Below the pieces are notes generated by a model. It worked only from the letters and a program-made list of their open reading frames with translations, had not been told where the DNA came from and made no database searches. This document shows positions 46,349-56,266 of a stretch of DNA of 64,000 nt, piece after piece. Source of the DNA: Thaumarchaeota archaeon UBA164 (GTDB taxonomy: Archaea; Thermoproteota; Nitrososphaeria; Conexivisphaerales; UBA164); NCBI GenBank assembly GCA_002499005.1, contig DAJU01000010.1:73750-137749 (forward strand). The letters run 5' to 3'. Both the position numbers and the translations under genes were made by a program. Position 1 is the first letter of the stretch. Each line of letters starts with the position of its first letter.

Positions 46349-46618
46349 TCAGATCCTGTGCATGGCCTTAAAGATATCCTCGTGCTGAACAAGGACCTGC
46401 ACGCCCAGTTCCTTGGCTTTTCCTTCAAGCTTTGCCCTGAGCGGGTCAAGCTCGTTCCCCTGCACTTCTGCAAGCAACACCATTACAAAGAGATCCCTCA
46501 TCTGTGTTGAGGCAAGGTCCAGTATGTTGGCGTTGTTTTCAGCAAGTACAGATGAGATGCCTGCAACTATCCCAACCCTGTCCTTCCCGACCACAGTAAC
46601 AACGACCCTGTAGGGCAT
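46349..46618 (-). CDS. ACT domain protein (UPF0237)
   Basis: VTVVGKDRVGIVA, NILD..Q, QHEDIF.AMHRI. Confidence 0.88.
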   Translation of the reverse strand: MPYRVVVTVVGKDRVGIVAGISSVLAENNANILDLASTQMRDLFVMVLLAEVQGNELDPLRAKLEGKAKELGVQVLVQHEDIFKAMHRI

Positions 46619-46684
46619 TGTCCATTGCTAAATAACGTTTGAATATAAAAGCTTTTGAACAGGAGATTTATAAGTGTCTGGCAT

Positions 46685-47500
46685 ATGAAGGGGCCTGAGG
46701 CCGTAAAAATTTACTATGCGCCAATGCCTCGGGCGAAAGCTGGCTTTGACATATGCAAGATGATAAAGCTCTTTTTTAATAGGGTAGGGGTGCAGCCTGA
46801 ACACGGAGACCTGCTAGCCATATCAGGAAAGTACATAAGCACTTCAGAGGAGAGGCTTTACAGCATAGCTGATGTGGTTCCGCTTGAAGATATGAGCAAG
46901 GTCTCGGAGACCTGGGGAGGGGACCCCAAGATAGGCGAACTTGTGGCAAGGGAAAGCGACCTTGTTCTGCCAGGATTTTATGGAATATACTTGGGCGAAG
47001 CAAACGGCATACTGCAACCAAACGCTGGAATAGACAGATCTAACGTGCCTGGGGGTTTTGTGATATTCTACCCTGTTAACCCCGCGAAGTCAGCAGAAAA
47101 GATAAGGGCGTGTATAAGGCTTCTGTTTGAAAGGGACGTTGGAGTTATTATAACAGACAGCAGAATCTTCCCAAGCAAAAGGGGGACAAGCGGCGTATGC
47201 ATCGGATGCAGCGGAGTTATTCCATACGTGGACGACAGGGGCAACTTAGACCTTTTTGGAAAGCCGTTAAAGGTCACAAGAAGGGCAATATCCGATCAGC
47301 TGGCTTCAGCGGCTGAGCTCATGATGGGCGAATCTAGCGAATCAGTGCCAATTGTGCTAATAAGGGGCCTTAAGCAGTACTACAGGTACAGGACCCCGTC
47401 TGTTGATCTTTCTGTAAGCTATGAAGAGGATATTTACTTTTCAGCAATAAAGAACTATTTGAAAATAAAACTGCAGATGGAACAGCCAAAAGACGGGTAA
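46685..47500 (+). CDS. cofE: Coenzyme F420-0:L-glutamate ligase (CofE) family protein; start uncertain
   Basis: K..S..E, PNAGIDRSN, VIITDS, DLFGKPLKVT, DQLASAA.LMMGE. Confidence 0.82.
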   Translation: MKGPEAVKIYYAPMPRAKAGFDICKMIKLFFNRVGVQPEHGDLLAISGKYISTSEERLYSIADVVPLEDMSKVSETWGGDPKIGELVARESDLVLPGFYGIYLGEANGILQPNAGIDRSNVPGGFVIFYPVNPAKSAEKIRACIRLLFERDVGVIITDSRIFPSKRGTSGVCIGCSGVIPYVDDRGNLDLFGKPLKVTRRAISDQLASAAELMMGESSESVPIVLIRGLKQYYRYRTPSVDLSVSYEEDIYFSAIKNYLKIKLQMEQPKDG

Positions 47501-47598
47501 GGAGACGGTTAAAGATAGAGCTGAACTCTTTAGAAGCCTGAACAGCCATCACGTATCCCATTAAGAATATATTTGAGCTTTATTTACATGAAAATAAG

Positions 47599-48630
47599 TT
47601 GGGCGTTGACCTGTCTCCGCTTATAGATGAGGACGACAAGGAAAAAGTTGAGCTTGACAGCCTTAACAGCAGAAAGCTTTCAATAGATGGCTACAATGCG
47701 CTTTATCAGTTCCTCACCACAATAAGGGGTGAAGACGGCTCACCGCTTATGGATTCGCAGGGAAGGATAACCAGCCATCTAAGCGGCCTCTTCTACAGAA
47801 CCATAAACTTCCTTGAAAAGGGAATAAGGGTTGTTTACGTTTTTGACGGAAAGCCGCCAGAGCTAAAGGCCAAGGAAATCGAGGAAAGGCAAAGGACAAG
47901 GGAGGAGGCGCTTAAGATGTATGAAGAGGCAAGAACGCAGGGGAACGTGGAGCTTATGAAGAAGTACTCTTCAAGGGCGGCGTCCCTTAAAAACTACATG
48001 GTCCAAGATGCAAAAAGGCTCCTTGATCTTCTTGGCGTTCCGTGGGTTCAGGCCCCATCAGAGGGCGAGGCACAGGCAGCGTATATGGCTATGAAGGGCA
48101 TTGTATGGGGATCCGTATCGCAGGATTATGATTCGTTGCTGTTTGGATCTCCCAGGCTTGTGAGAAACCTAACAGTGTCTGGAAAAAGAAAGCTGCCGGG
48201 CAAGGACATATATATTGACATATCGCCGGAAATAATTGAAACGCCAAGGCTATTGGAAAAGTACGGCATAACAAGGGAGCAGCTTGTGGACGTCGCAATA
48301 CTTATAGGGACTGACTTTAACATTGGGGTTAAAGGAATAGGCCCGAAGACCGCGCTTAAGCTTATAAAAAAGTACGGCAGAATAGAGGAGATAACTGAGG
48401 TGCCAGGCCTGAAAGAGCTTCTGCCAGAATCCGTGCTTAATGAAGTTAGAGGCATATTTCTAAAGCCAAACGTAACTGATGTTGAAGGCCTTGAGTGGAA
48501 ACAGGCCGATGAAGAGGGGCTTGTAGAATTTCTTTGTAACGAAAGAAATTTTTCAGAAGAAAGAGTTAGAAACGCCTTGCGCAGAATAAAGAAGAGGCCA
48601 GCAACCGGTGCCCTTGATGAGTGGTTCTAA
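47599..48630 (+). CDS. fen: Flap endonuclease 1
   Basis: IDGYNALYQFL, TSHLSGLFYRT, APSEGEAQAA, SQDYD, GTDFN, C-terminal PIP-like LDEWF. Confidence 0.97.
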   Translation: MGVDLSPLIDEDDKEKVELDSLNSRKLSIDGYNALYQFLTTIRGEDGSPLMDSQGRITSHLSGLFYRTINFLEKGIRVVYVFDGKPPELKAKEIEERQRTREEALKMYEEARTQGNVELMKKYSSRAASLKNYMVQDAKRLLDLLGVPWVQAPSEGEAQAAYMAMKGIVWGSVSQDYDSLLFGSPRLVRNLTVSGKRKLPGKDIYIDISPEIIETPRLLEKYGITREQLVDVAILIGTDFNIGVKGIGPKTALKLIKKYGRIEEITEVPGLKELLPESVLNEVRGIFLKPNVTDVEGLEWKQADEEGLVEFLCNERNFSEERVRNALRRIKKRPATGALDEWF

Positions 48631-49252
48631 CAAAAACTATCTGATGGTGCAGTCGCTGGTTAGAGATGGGTATATAAGGAGCTGGAAGGTTAGAGACGCC
48701 TTCCTGAAAGTTGACAGAGGGCTGTTTGTATGGCCTGGAACAGAGAGCCTCGCTTACATAGATGAGCCGCTGCCTCTTGGCGATACAGGGCAGACTATTT
48801 CTGCGCCAAGCATGATTGCCATAATGCTTGAAGCCCTGGAGCTTTCCCCGTTTCATAAAGTCCTAGAAATAGGAACAGGAAGCGGCTACAGCGCGGCCCT
48901 TATTTCAACCATAATAAAGCCAGGGCATGTTGTTACCATGGAAATAAATTACAGGCTTTTCCTTTTCGGAAAGAGGAACCTTGCAGGTTACAGCAACGTT
49001 ATGCCTGTTTTTGGCGATGGAACTGTGGGATATCCTCCGTATTCCACCGAACCGCTTTACGACAGGATTATAATAATGGCCGCCGCCAGAAGGGTTCCCC
49101 AGACTCTGTTAAGGCAATTAAATGATGATGGGTTTATTTTGGCCCCAGTAGGTGACAGCGACTATCAGGTGCTGACAAGGGTTTACAAGGACGGAGGCAT
49201 GGACAGATTTGGAGGGTGCGTGTTTGTAAAGCTTAGGGGCATTGGGTTATGA
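48617..49252 (+). CDS. pcm: Protein-L-isoaspartate O-methyltransferase
   Basis: GQTISAP.M, VLEIGTGSGY, GDGT.G, YDRI. Confidence 0.92.
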   Translation: MSGSNKNYLMVQSLVRDGYIRSWKVRDAFLKVDRGLFVWPGTESLAYIDEPLPLGDTGQTISAPSMIAIMLEALELSPFHKVLEIGTGSGYSAALISTIIKPGHVVTMEINYRLFLFGKRNLAGYSNVMPVFGDGTVGYPPYSTEPLYDRIIIMAAARRVPQTLLRQLNDDGFILAPVGDSDYQVLTRVYKDGGMDRFGGCVFVKLRGIGL

Positions 49253-49258
49253 GCTGTC

Positions 49259-49633
49259 TTAACCCGGATTTGGCGTCTTCGCCGCATATTTTATAAGCAG
49301 CTTGGCAGGAGTCCCTGGTCTAGCCGCATCAAGGTCTACCATGCCGGCTGTTCCTACCGGGTTAAGGCCACGTTGCTCTTCGGCGTCTCTTAAAAATACA
49401 GTGAGCCACTGGCCCGGTGGGTCAAATGCCACCTCGTTCTTCTTAAAAGACCTTTTTGGCTTTTCATAGCCTGCCCTTATCTGAACCTTAAACAGCAGCC
49501 TGTCTGAAAGCTTGATAACCATTGTGTTAAACTCGCCCCTTTTGAGCATTTCATTTATGGTGTTGGGGCATATTGATTCGTTAAGGGAACCCGCTACTAT
49601 TACCCTTTCCTTTGACCTTATTTCAAAGATCAC
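49259..49633 (-). CDS. Cyclophilin-like fold protein
   Basis: CPNT, E.....F.K.EVAF.P.G..L.VF, NPVG. Confidence 0.65.
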   Translation of the reverse strand: MIFEIRSKERVIVAGSLNESICPNTINEMLKRGEFNTMVIKLSDRLLFKVQIRAGYEKPKRSFKKNEVAFDPPGQWLTVFLRDAEEQRGLNPVGTAGMVDLDAARPGTPAKLLIKYAAKTPNPG

Positions 49634-50571
49634 CTTTTATCAACAAAAATTGTAGATGCCTCCTTTATTACCGTTGCCTTTTGAGCGCTTGCCAGGGCTT
49701 TGTCAACCGCTGCCTGTAACGTAGTAAATGGCAAAAACCCAAGCGACCTCATATAGCTAAATGGAAGACCGGAAACAATGTAAACGCTCACGCCTCTGCC
49801 GGTAGTTGAACGCAGCACGACGTCAAGCAAAGCGCCGGGCTTTGCCTTGCCGGATATGTACCTTAGCGCATCGTCATCGCCAAAGCCGCCTTTTGATCCA
49901 GAAATATAGACAAGGGTCCCGCCGTCGCTAACCATGAGCGACGACTGATAAAGGCCGAAAAGCGAATTGTAAAAGGTTTCGTCGTAAGGCATGCCTCCCG
50001 CTGAGGCTATTACCGCTTCTTTCCCACGTGCAAGCCTTATTCGCGGTAACAAGCCCTTTATCCCGCTAAGCACTTCATGAGCCTTCCCAAAAACAGCCCT
50101 AGAGCCGTTTCCAAAGTAACACAGCGCCTTTGTTCCGGATTCTTCAAGGACACGCTTGGAAAACCACTCAAGCTCCTCACTAAGATTCCAGGGCAAGCTG
50201 GACCTTTTTAAAAAGGCATCTTCCAAATTAAGGGCTTTTGCAAGAAGCCAGTGCGGGCCTGTGAATCCAAAATATTGGTCCACCCTTACGCCGCATACCA
50301 GTATTGCCTTTTCAAGCCCTGCGGGAAACCTTATGAGCTCCCCGTCGATTACGCTTTCCCTGGGGGCAACGTTGCCCTGTTCGAACGCTTTAAGACCCCT
50401 TGACTCTGCAATTGTCTTTGTAACTAAAGAGCCATCACCTATGTACGTCTCTGCATCCAGGCTCTGAGGTGGGGCATCTGCTGCAACCGCTTCAAAAACC
50501 TGTTCTATCTGCGATGAGTTTACCTTAAATGACACGTTTACATCAAGGTAAGGGAGCCAGATTTCAGGCAT
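49630..50571 (-). CDS. LarA/DUF2088-like protein, shortened and probably non-catalytic
   Basis: MPEIWLPY start; FGFTGP and SAGG.PYD.TFY..L...DGGT resemble the LarA C-terminal domain. Confidence 0.65.
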   Translation of the reverse strand: MPEIWLPYLDVNVSFKVNSSQIEQVFEAVAADAPPQSLDAETYIGDGSLVTKTIAESRGLKAFEQGNVAPRESVIDGELIRFPAGLEKAILVCGVRVDQYFGFTGPHWLLAKALNLEDAFLKRSSLPWNLSEELEWFSKRVLEESGTKALCYFGNGSRAVFGKAHEVLSGIKGLLPRIRLARGKEAVIASAGGMPYDETFYNSLFGLYQSSLMVSDGGTLVYISGSKGGFGDDDALRYISGKAKPGALLDVVLRSTTGRGVSVYIVSGLPFSYMRSLGFLPFTTLQAAVDKALASAQKATVIKEASTIFVDKR

Positions 50572-50606
50572 ATGGTTTTTAAGTATGGCGCACTTAAAGG
50601 TTTTTT

Positions 50607-51764
50607 ATGCTAAACCTTGTTAAGCCAAAATACGATGGCGAAAGCATTGCGAACATTTATGGTTCCATCACTAGATCCTTCAACGCTGACACTGAACGAT
50701 TAGGACTTAAAAAAGGGCTGGATCCAAATGAAAAGGTCGTGCTGATAATACTCGACGCCTTTGGAATGTCAGTTTACAGAGCAATAAGAAATGACGACGG
50801 CGTTGCCGAATTCTTTGACGGATCTGATGCAAGCGAGATAACAAGCGTTTTCCCTTCAACGACTGCCTGTGCAATGCTTGCGTTCTATGCCGGCCTTGCG
50901 CCCGGTGAAAGCGGAGTGCTTGGGTTTACCACATACATAAAGGAGCTGGGCAGCATAATAAACATGCTTAATCTCTCGCACCCAGCGCAGCAACAGCCCA
51001 TACCTTCGCTTTATAACTCGTTTGAAAGGTTTATTTCAAAAAAGGGTAGACCAATAGGCACGGTCCTTTCTGAGAAGGGGGTAAAGGGCTACGCTATAGT
51101 GCCGGGCAGCATCTTTGATACCCCAACAAACAACTATCACACAATGGGCCTTGAAAAAATCAAGTATTATTATCCATGGGACGCCGTTATGAACCTAAGG
51201 GAGGTCCTCGATACTCCTGGAAGGGCTTTTGCTACGCTTTACATACCAACGGTTGATACGCTTTCACACCACTACGGCCCTCTATCGAATAAAACGTTGT
51301 TTGGCGCAAGGGAGCTTATAAAAGCGCTAAGCGCGGCTCTAAAGGGAGTTAAAAAGGCCACAATAATCATTACGGCTGACCACGGGCAGGTTTTCAGCGG
51401 GATAAACCACGTTGTTGATGAAGAACTTATGTCGGCGCTTGAGCTCCCGCCATTTGGAGATGCACGAGCCGTTTTCATGAAGACAAAGGACGTTGACATG
51501 GTTAAGGCCTACTTTAACGAAAAGCTTAAGGGGTTCAAGATGTTTGAAAAGAAGGACATAATTAACGAAAAGCTTCTTGGAGCTGTTGTTGAGCCTGAAT
51601 TTGAAGACAGGATTGGGGATCTGCTCGCTGTGCCTTTAATTGAAGAATCACTTGTATATTCATATAATCCAGAACAGGACAAGGACTACCTGGCCTTTAA
51701 GGGCCACCATGGTGGGCTTACCGACCAGGAGATGCTTGTGCCCCTTATAGTAAAGGAGCTTTAG
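50607..51764 (+). CDS. Alkaline phosphatase superfamily nucleotide pyrophosphatase/phosphodiesterase
   Basis: LDAFG, SVFPSTT, DTLSHHYGP, TADHG, GHHGG. Confidence 0.88.
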   Translation: MLNLVKPKYDGESIANIYGSITRSFNADTERLGLKKGLDPNEKVVLIILDAFGMSVYRAIRNDDGVAEFFDGSDASEITSVFPSTTACAMLAFYAGLAPGESGVLGFTTYIKELGSIINMLNLSHPAQQQPIPSLYNSFERFISKKGRPIGTVLSEKGVKGYAIVPGSIFDTPTNNYHTMGLEKIKYYYPWDAVMNLREVLDTPGRAFATLYIPTVDTLSHHYGPLSNKTLFGARELIKALSAALKGVKKATIIITADHGQVFSGINHVVDEELMSALELPPFGDARAVFMKTKDVDMVKAYFNEKLKGFKMFEKKDIINEKLLGAVVEPEFEDRIGDLLAVPLIEESLVYSYNPEQDKDYLAFKGHHGGLTDQEMLVPLIVKEL

Positions 51765-51827
51765 CCAGAATTAAAATTCTTGAATCAGCGTTAAATGGCT
51801 TTAATTTGGCAAAAGCGCCTTAGCGGC

Positions 51828-52448
51828 TTAAAATATAAAGCTTCTTCTTCTGGCATACCTGCCTCTTCTCTCTATCTCCTTTACCTTTTCAACAATCAGG
51901 CCAGCGTTTTCTGTAACAGAAGAGTATCCATCAAGAAAGCTCCTGAAGGCCTCCTCATAAACTTCCTGGTGCTGCACAATAAAAACTTCGTTTACCAAAT
52001 GAACGTCCGTGGCGAAGTCCTCGAATCGCCTTGTATGCAACGAAAGGCCAAAATCTATAATATACCACCTGTTAGACGATTCGTTAAATATAACGTTAGA
52101 TGTGTTCGGGTCACCATGCATAATCCCTACTGAGTGCAGCCTGCCCAGATACTCCCCAAGGATCCTTGCCTCAGTGGGTTTATTGCCAAGCTCTTCCTTT
52201 AATCTTCTTCTCCCTACATCTTCCATTACTATAATGCTGTTGCCAACATAGAATATGAAGGGCGTTGGCACGACCTGTCTGGCGGCCAGCATCATTCTTG
52301 CTTCTCTGACTGTGCGCTCCCTTCTAAGCCTCTCATCAAGCTCTGAAATCATGTAAGGCTTGCTTGCCCTCACCTTATATATTGCATCAAGCCCTGCCCA
52401 CCTCCCCTTATAAATATCAGCCTCGGCCCCTTTGCTTATCAGCTCCAA
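51828..52448 (-). CDS. bud32: KEOPS kinase Bud32
   Basis: GAEA, K.R..KPY, RT.REAR, HGDPNTSN, IDFGL, RGRY. Confidence 0.94.
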   Translation of the reverse strand: MELISKGAEADIYKGRWAGLDAIYKVRASKPYMISELDERLRRERTVREARMMLAARQVVPTPFIFYVGNSIIVMEDVGRRRLKEELGNKPTEARILGEYLGRLHSVGIMHGDPNTSNVIFNESSNRWYIIDFGLSLHTRRFEDFATDVHLVNEVFIVQHQEVYEEAFRSFLDGYSSVTENAGLIVEKVKEIERRGRYARRRSFIF

Positions 52449-53434
52449 GCCAGGTCAACCTCATCTATGCGCCATGACTGATCCACCCAGGCGTTTTCAG
52501 GCTTCGTATACACTCCATTTAAAAAATAAAGATGGCCCACCCATGCTATCTGCGCGCCACAATCGCCCGCATAAGCCGGTGGCACAACCTTTAGCTGAGC
52601 GCCATGCCTTGACGAAGCGGCATCAAGCATTTCCCTGAGCCTTGTGTTTGCGGCAACGCCGCCAACCACCATAACTTCGCTTTTCTTAAGAAGGGCCAGC
52701 GCCCTTTCTGAAGTTTCAGCTAGCATTGAGAACGCAGTTTCTTGAACAGAAAATGCCAGGTCCTCCGGGCTTTCCTTCTTAATTATGCGCTTTACCTCAG
52801 AAATGATCCCTGAATATGATAGGTCATTGCCCTTAACTATGTAGGGGAGGCTCACATATCTCCTGCCCTTTTTAGCAAGATCCTCAACAAGCGGTCCTGC
52901 TGGCGATGGAAGGCCAATGGCCCTGCCAAACTGATCTATAAGCTGACCAAGGGTTATATCTAGAGTCTCCCCAAAGACCCTCCACCGCTTTCCTGCCCTG
53001 GCCAGCAGCATCGTGTGACCGCCAGAAATAAGCACAACAAGGGGGTCCACGGCCCCTGTGAGCAACATGCCCAGCTCCACATGCCCAACGCCATGGTGCA
53101 CCGGTATTATTGGCTTCCTGTAATACGATGAAATAAACCTGGCAAGCGTGGCTCCCACCTTAAGACATGGGCCCAGCCCTGGACCTGCGGAATAAGCTAC
53201 AAAAGACAGATCGCCAAAGCTTACCCCGGCTTCGCTTAAAGCCCTCTTGATAACTGAGGGCGCAACCTCTGAGTGATGCCTTGAGGCATCCCTGGGATGT
53301 ATGCCAGAGCCCGCTGGAGGCCTGTAGACGTCTTTGACGTTTGACAATATGGCCCCTTTCTCAGTCATAACTGACGCGCCAAATGTATGGGCAGTGCTCT
53401 CTATGCCGAGCCCCACTATTCTTCCTCTATCCAT
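52439..53434 (-). CDS. kae1: KEOPS t6A synthase Kae1
   Basis: GIESTAHT, GPGLGPCL, HHGVGHVE, SGGHT, GETLDI, GGVAAN. Confidence 0.95.
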   Translation of the reverse strand: MDRGRIVGLGIESTAHTFGASVMTEKGAILSNVKDVYRPPAGSGIHPRDASRHHSEVAPSVIKRALSEAGVSFGDLSFVAYSAGPGLGPCLKVGATLARFISSYYRKPIIPVHHGVGHVELGMLLTGAVDPLVVLISGGHTMLLARAGKRWRVFGETLDITLGQLIDQFGRAIGLPSPAGPLVEDLAKKGRRYVSLPYIVKGNDLSYSGIISEVKRIIKKESPEDLAFSVQETAFSMLAETSERALALLKKSEVMVVGGVAANTRLREMLDAASSRHGAQLKVVPPAYAGDCGAQIAWVGHLYFLNGVYTKPENAWVDQSWRIDEVDLAWS

Positions 53435-53850
53435 TTCTGCGCACCGCTTATGTACACTTCCTTTTTCCATATCGTAGGTTCCTTCTTGTACCTTTCTATG
53501 GCTTCTTCAAGGGCAGCCAACCCCTCCTTCCTGTGCCTGCTGCATATCTGGATAAGGACCATTGGCTCGCCCGGCGCGAATGTCCCCTCGAGGTGATATA
53601 TAAAACAGCTTACAAGCCCGTATTTCCTAGTTAAATCATCACAGATGCTGCTTAACGCTAAGTCGGCATATTCTTTATAAGCCTCTATTATTACGGCCTT
53701 TACTTCTTCGTTTGAAAATTTGCTGCTTGACCTTGCGATGCCCATATAATAATATATTACACCTGCTTCGCCGTCGCATGACGCTGCCGCGTCCTTTATA
53801 ATGTCCAACAGCTCAACATCGCCTTTTTTATAAACCCCGCTTTTTAGCAT
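53416..53850 (-). CDS. moaE: Molybdopterin synthase large subunit MoaE
   Basis: G..R, EAY..YA, H..G...PGE, SRHRKE, K...IWKKE. Confidence 0.88.
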   Translation of the reverse strand: MLKSGVYKKGDVELLDIIKDAAASCDGEAGVIYYYMGIARSSSKFSNEEVKAVIIEAYKEYADLALSSICDDLTRKYGLVSCFIYHLEGTFAPGEPMVLIQICSRHRKEGLAALEEAIERYKKEPTIWKKEVYISGAQKWIEEE

Positions 53851-53874
53851 TATGTAAAATAAGACGTAAATGGT

Positions 53875-55011
53875 CTATACATATTCTTTTAGTGTATTTT
53901 TAACTATGTCCTCAGCCCTTGTTCGCAGGGCCACCTTCATCATCTCCTCTGCCCTTTTCTTCATGCCGTTATCCTCTGCAACTGTCACTATGGCGTTTGC
54001 TATGTCTTCAGGCCTTGCTTTGTACTGATCAAGCGTTTGGCCAACTCCAAGCAGCTCCGCCCTTGAAGCGTTTTCCAGCTGTTCGCCGTGCAGGGATATA
54101 GGTAAAAGGACCATTGGCCTGCCCCTCATTATGCTTTCGCCAATTGTAGTAAGGCCAGCCCTGGAGACCACCACGTCGGCTTGGCCCATAAACTCATTCC
54201 TGTAAGGGTCCCACTCAAATATAAGCCCCCTGCTAAACCTTACAGGCCCGCCATCAAACCCAGCATAACCTTTGCTGATAACTACAGAATAGTCCTGTGG
54301 AAGAAGCTCCGACGCGTGAATAAGCTTTTTTAATATAAACCTCCTGGTGGGCTCAGGCCCGCTTACCCCCATGTACACAAGCCTTTTCCCAAGGCCGAAC
54401 TTTTCCCTGACATTAAACTTTTGGGGGCCAGGTGGGTCGGCAAAAAAGCCGGCGAATATCCCCTTTTTCTTTACAATCGCTGAATTTACGCCTGCATGCG
54501 ATATTGTATAAGGCGGTGGGAGATCAGGCACGAATATAACGCCTGCGGCATCCCAAAAGACGCCAAAAAGCTCCCCAAAGGCTCGCTCAATGGCCTTAAT
54601 GCCTATGTTTTCCCTTAAAGGAAGAAGCACGTTGGCCTGGTTTATTATAAGGGCGCTGGGTTTCCCTTTAATCCTTGATGCTATAAGCGGCGACACCCTT
54701 GAATCAGATATTACAAAGCTCGGTGAAACTCTTGATATGGTCTCAACTTCCTGAATGACCTGACGCACCAGGGTGGGATATGCGTTATAAAACTCCTTTA
54801 GCGTCTTCTTGAAAGACATGCGCCCCTCATCGGTCCATATAACGTCAAGCGGAATTGATTCGACAGCGACGTGCCTTTTCCTCGCAAGCGCAAGCGCCTC
54901 GCCCCAGGTGCTGAAGACCTTCTCACCAGGAAGCTTTTCAGCTAGCCAAAGGCTTCTTGATATGTGCCCAAGGCCAGAGCCGTATACAGAAAAGTACCAC
55001 TTAGGTTTCAA
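53875..55011 (-). CDS. GT-B glycosyltransferase (GT28 / MJ1255-like)
   Basis: GSGLGHISR, VISDS, SRAGLTTIGE, HGEQLENA. Confidence 0.85.
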   Translation of the reverse strand: MKPKWYFSVYGSGLGHISRSLWLAEKLPGEKVFSTWGEALALARKRHVAVESIPLDVIWTDEGRMSFKKTLKEFYNAYPTLVRQVIQEVETISRVSPSFVISDSRVSPLIASRIKGKPSALIINQANVLLPLRENIGIKAIERAFGELFGVFWDAAGVIFVPDLPPPYTISHAGVNSAIVKKKGIFAGFFADPPGPQKFNVREKFGLGKRLVYMGVSGPEPTRRFILKKLIHASELLPQDYSVVISKGYAGFDGGPVRFSRGLIFEWDPYRNEFMGQADVVVSRAGLTTIGESIMRGRPMVLLPISLHGEQLENASRAELLGVGQTLDQYKARPEDIANAIVTVAEDNGMKKRAEEMMKVALRTRAEDIVKNTLKEYV

Positions 55012-55618
55012 GCGGGACCTGCACTACTTCGCCGTTTGGCTCTTTTTCTCCAAAAACATATGCTGTAAACCTGTAAAGGCGTATCCCTCCTCGCGTCCAG
55101 AGGTTCCTGTCAGCCCCAGCCTTTAAGCATCCATACGAAAGAAATTCCTTTGTGTCCCATCCCTCCTCTACAGGTACCTGCGGAAGAAGAAGCCCCGCGC
55201 CAAGCGCCCACTCCACGATTATGCCGTCTCTTCCAACCTTAATCTCGTTAAGGTAGTCGTTTGGATCAGAAACCTTTACCTCAACAGGCGGCGTAAGTAT
55301 GCTGACCTCTATGAGAACTTCGTCCGCCTGCTCTGGTTTTAAAGGGGGAAACCTGGGGTCATAAAACGCTGCGTCCACGGCGGATTCTATAACGTTTTTT
55401 ATAAGAGGCCCTGAGGGATAAGGCCTTCCTATGCAGCCAAGAAGCTCATTTGACCTGTCCTTTATAGTTACAAAAGCCCCAGCTTTAACAAGATATTTGG
55501 GGTTGACGTCCTTTGGCTCAAGATATTTCCCCGTCCTGCCATAATGCTTTATCGCGTCCCGGGCAACCCTTATAAGAAATCTGCCGTCTTCCACGGTCCA
55601 GAGCGGGGAGCTTGACAT
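55001..55618 (-). CDS. AMMECR1 domain protein (AmmeMemoRadiSam protein A-like)
   Basis: GAFVT, GCIG, DPRFPP, EVSILT, GLLLPQV, KAG. Confidence 0.92.
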   Translation of the reverse strand: MSSSPLWTVEDGRFLIRVARDAIKHYGRTGKYLEPKDVNPKYLVKAGAFVTIKDRSNELLGCIGRPYPSGPLIKNVIESAVDAAFYDPRFPPLKPEQADEVLIEVSILTPPVEVKVSDPNDYLNEIKVGRDGIIVEWALGAGLLLPQVPVEEGWDTKEFLSYGCLKAGADRNLWTRGGIRLYRFTAYVFGEKEPNGEVVQVPLET

Positions 55619-55726
55619 ACCCCACTTTTATGAAGGGGGCTTATTAACTTAACCTTGAAGTGATGCATTATAAATATTGTAAACAGGCTTTGTGTGCCCC
55701 AGGCTTATGTTGCGTAGCTGACGCAA

Positions 55727-56266
55727 TCACATGATTGACTCAACTATATGCACGGGGAGACCGTCCCTGTTTTCCTCGTTTACTTCAAGCAGGAGCGTGT
55801 CGCCACTGTTGATTATCGCCTTCATCAGCGGATGTGCAAGAGATCTATGAATTGTTATTATCGCCCTGTTTGAAGACCTTATAACCCTTTCAACAGCCCT
55901 TGCAAATGCAGGGCTCAGGAGCTCCATAGGCCCGACTTCATCTATGAGGACCACCGTGCTGCTGCTCTCAAGGGCCCGCTCTATTATTCTGGGGACCATT
56001 GAGTCCACCGCAGAAACGTTTACCCTGTACTTGCCAAACCTTATCCCATCGCCCTTAATCGATGCAAGAACAGCCCTTTCCCCGGTCAGGAAGTCTATTA
56101 TTTCAAAGCCTTCCCGTTCCCCTCCCTTTCTGGCCTCCCTTGAGTAAAAGCCATCAACGCTTATGCCATTTGCCACAAGCATTCCTGCAGCCTTGACTGC
56201 AACAGTTGTCTTCCCAATTCCCGGTCTTCCGGTCAGGGCCACTATTCTAACTGTCAACAGAAACAC
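55727..56266 (-). CDS. NTPase (THEP1 / NTPase_1 family)
   Basis: TGRPGIGKTT, GF.S.E.R..G.R.GF, GKYRV, IDEVGPMEL.S. Confidence 0.9.
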   Translation of the reverse strand: MFLLTVRIVALTGRPGIGKTTVAVKAAGMLVANGISVDGFYSREARKGGEREGFEIIDFLTGERAVLASIKGDGIRFGKYRVNVSAVDSMVPRIIERALESSSTVVLIDEVGPMELLSPAFARAVERVIRSSNRAIITIHRSLAHPLMKAIINSGDTLLLEVNEENRDGLPVHIVESIM

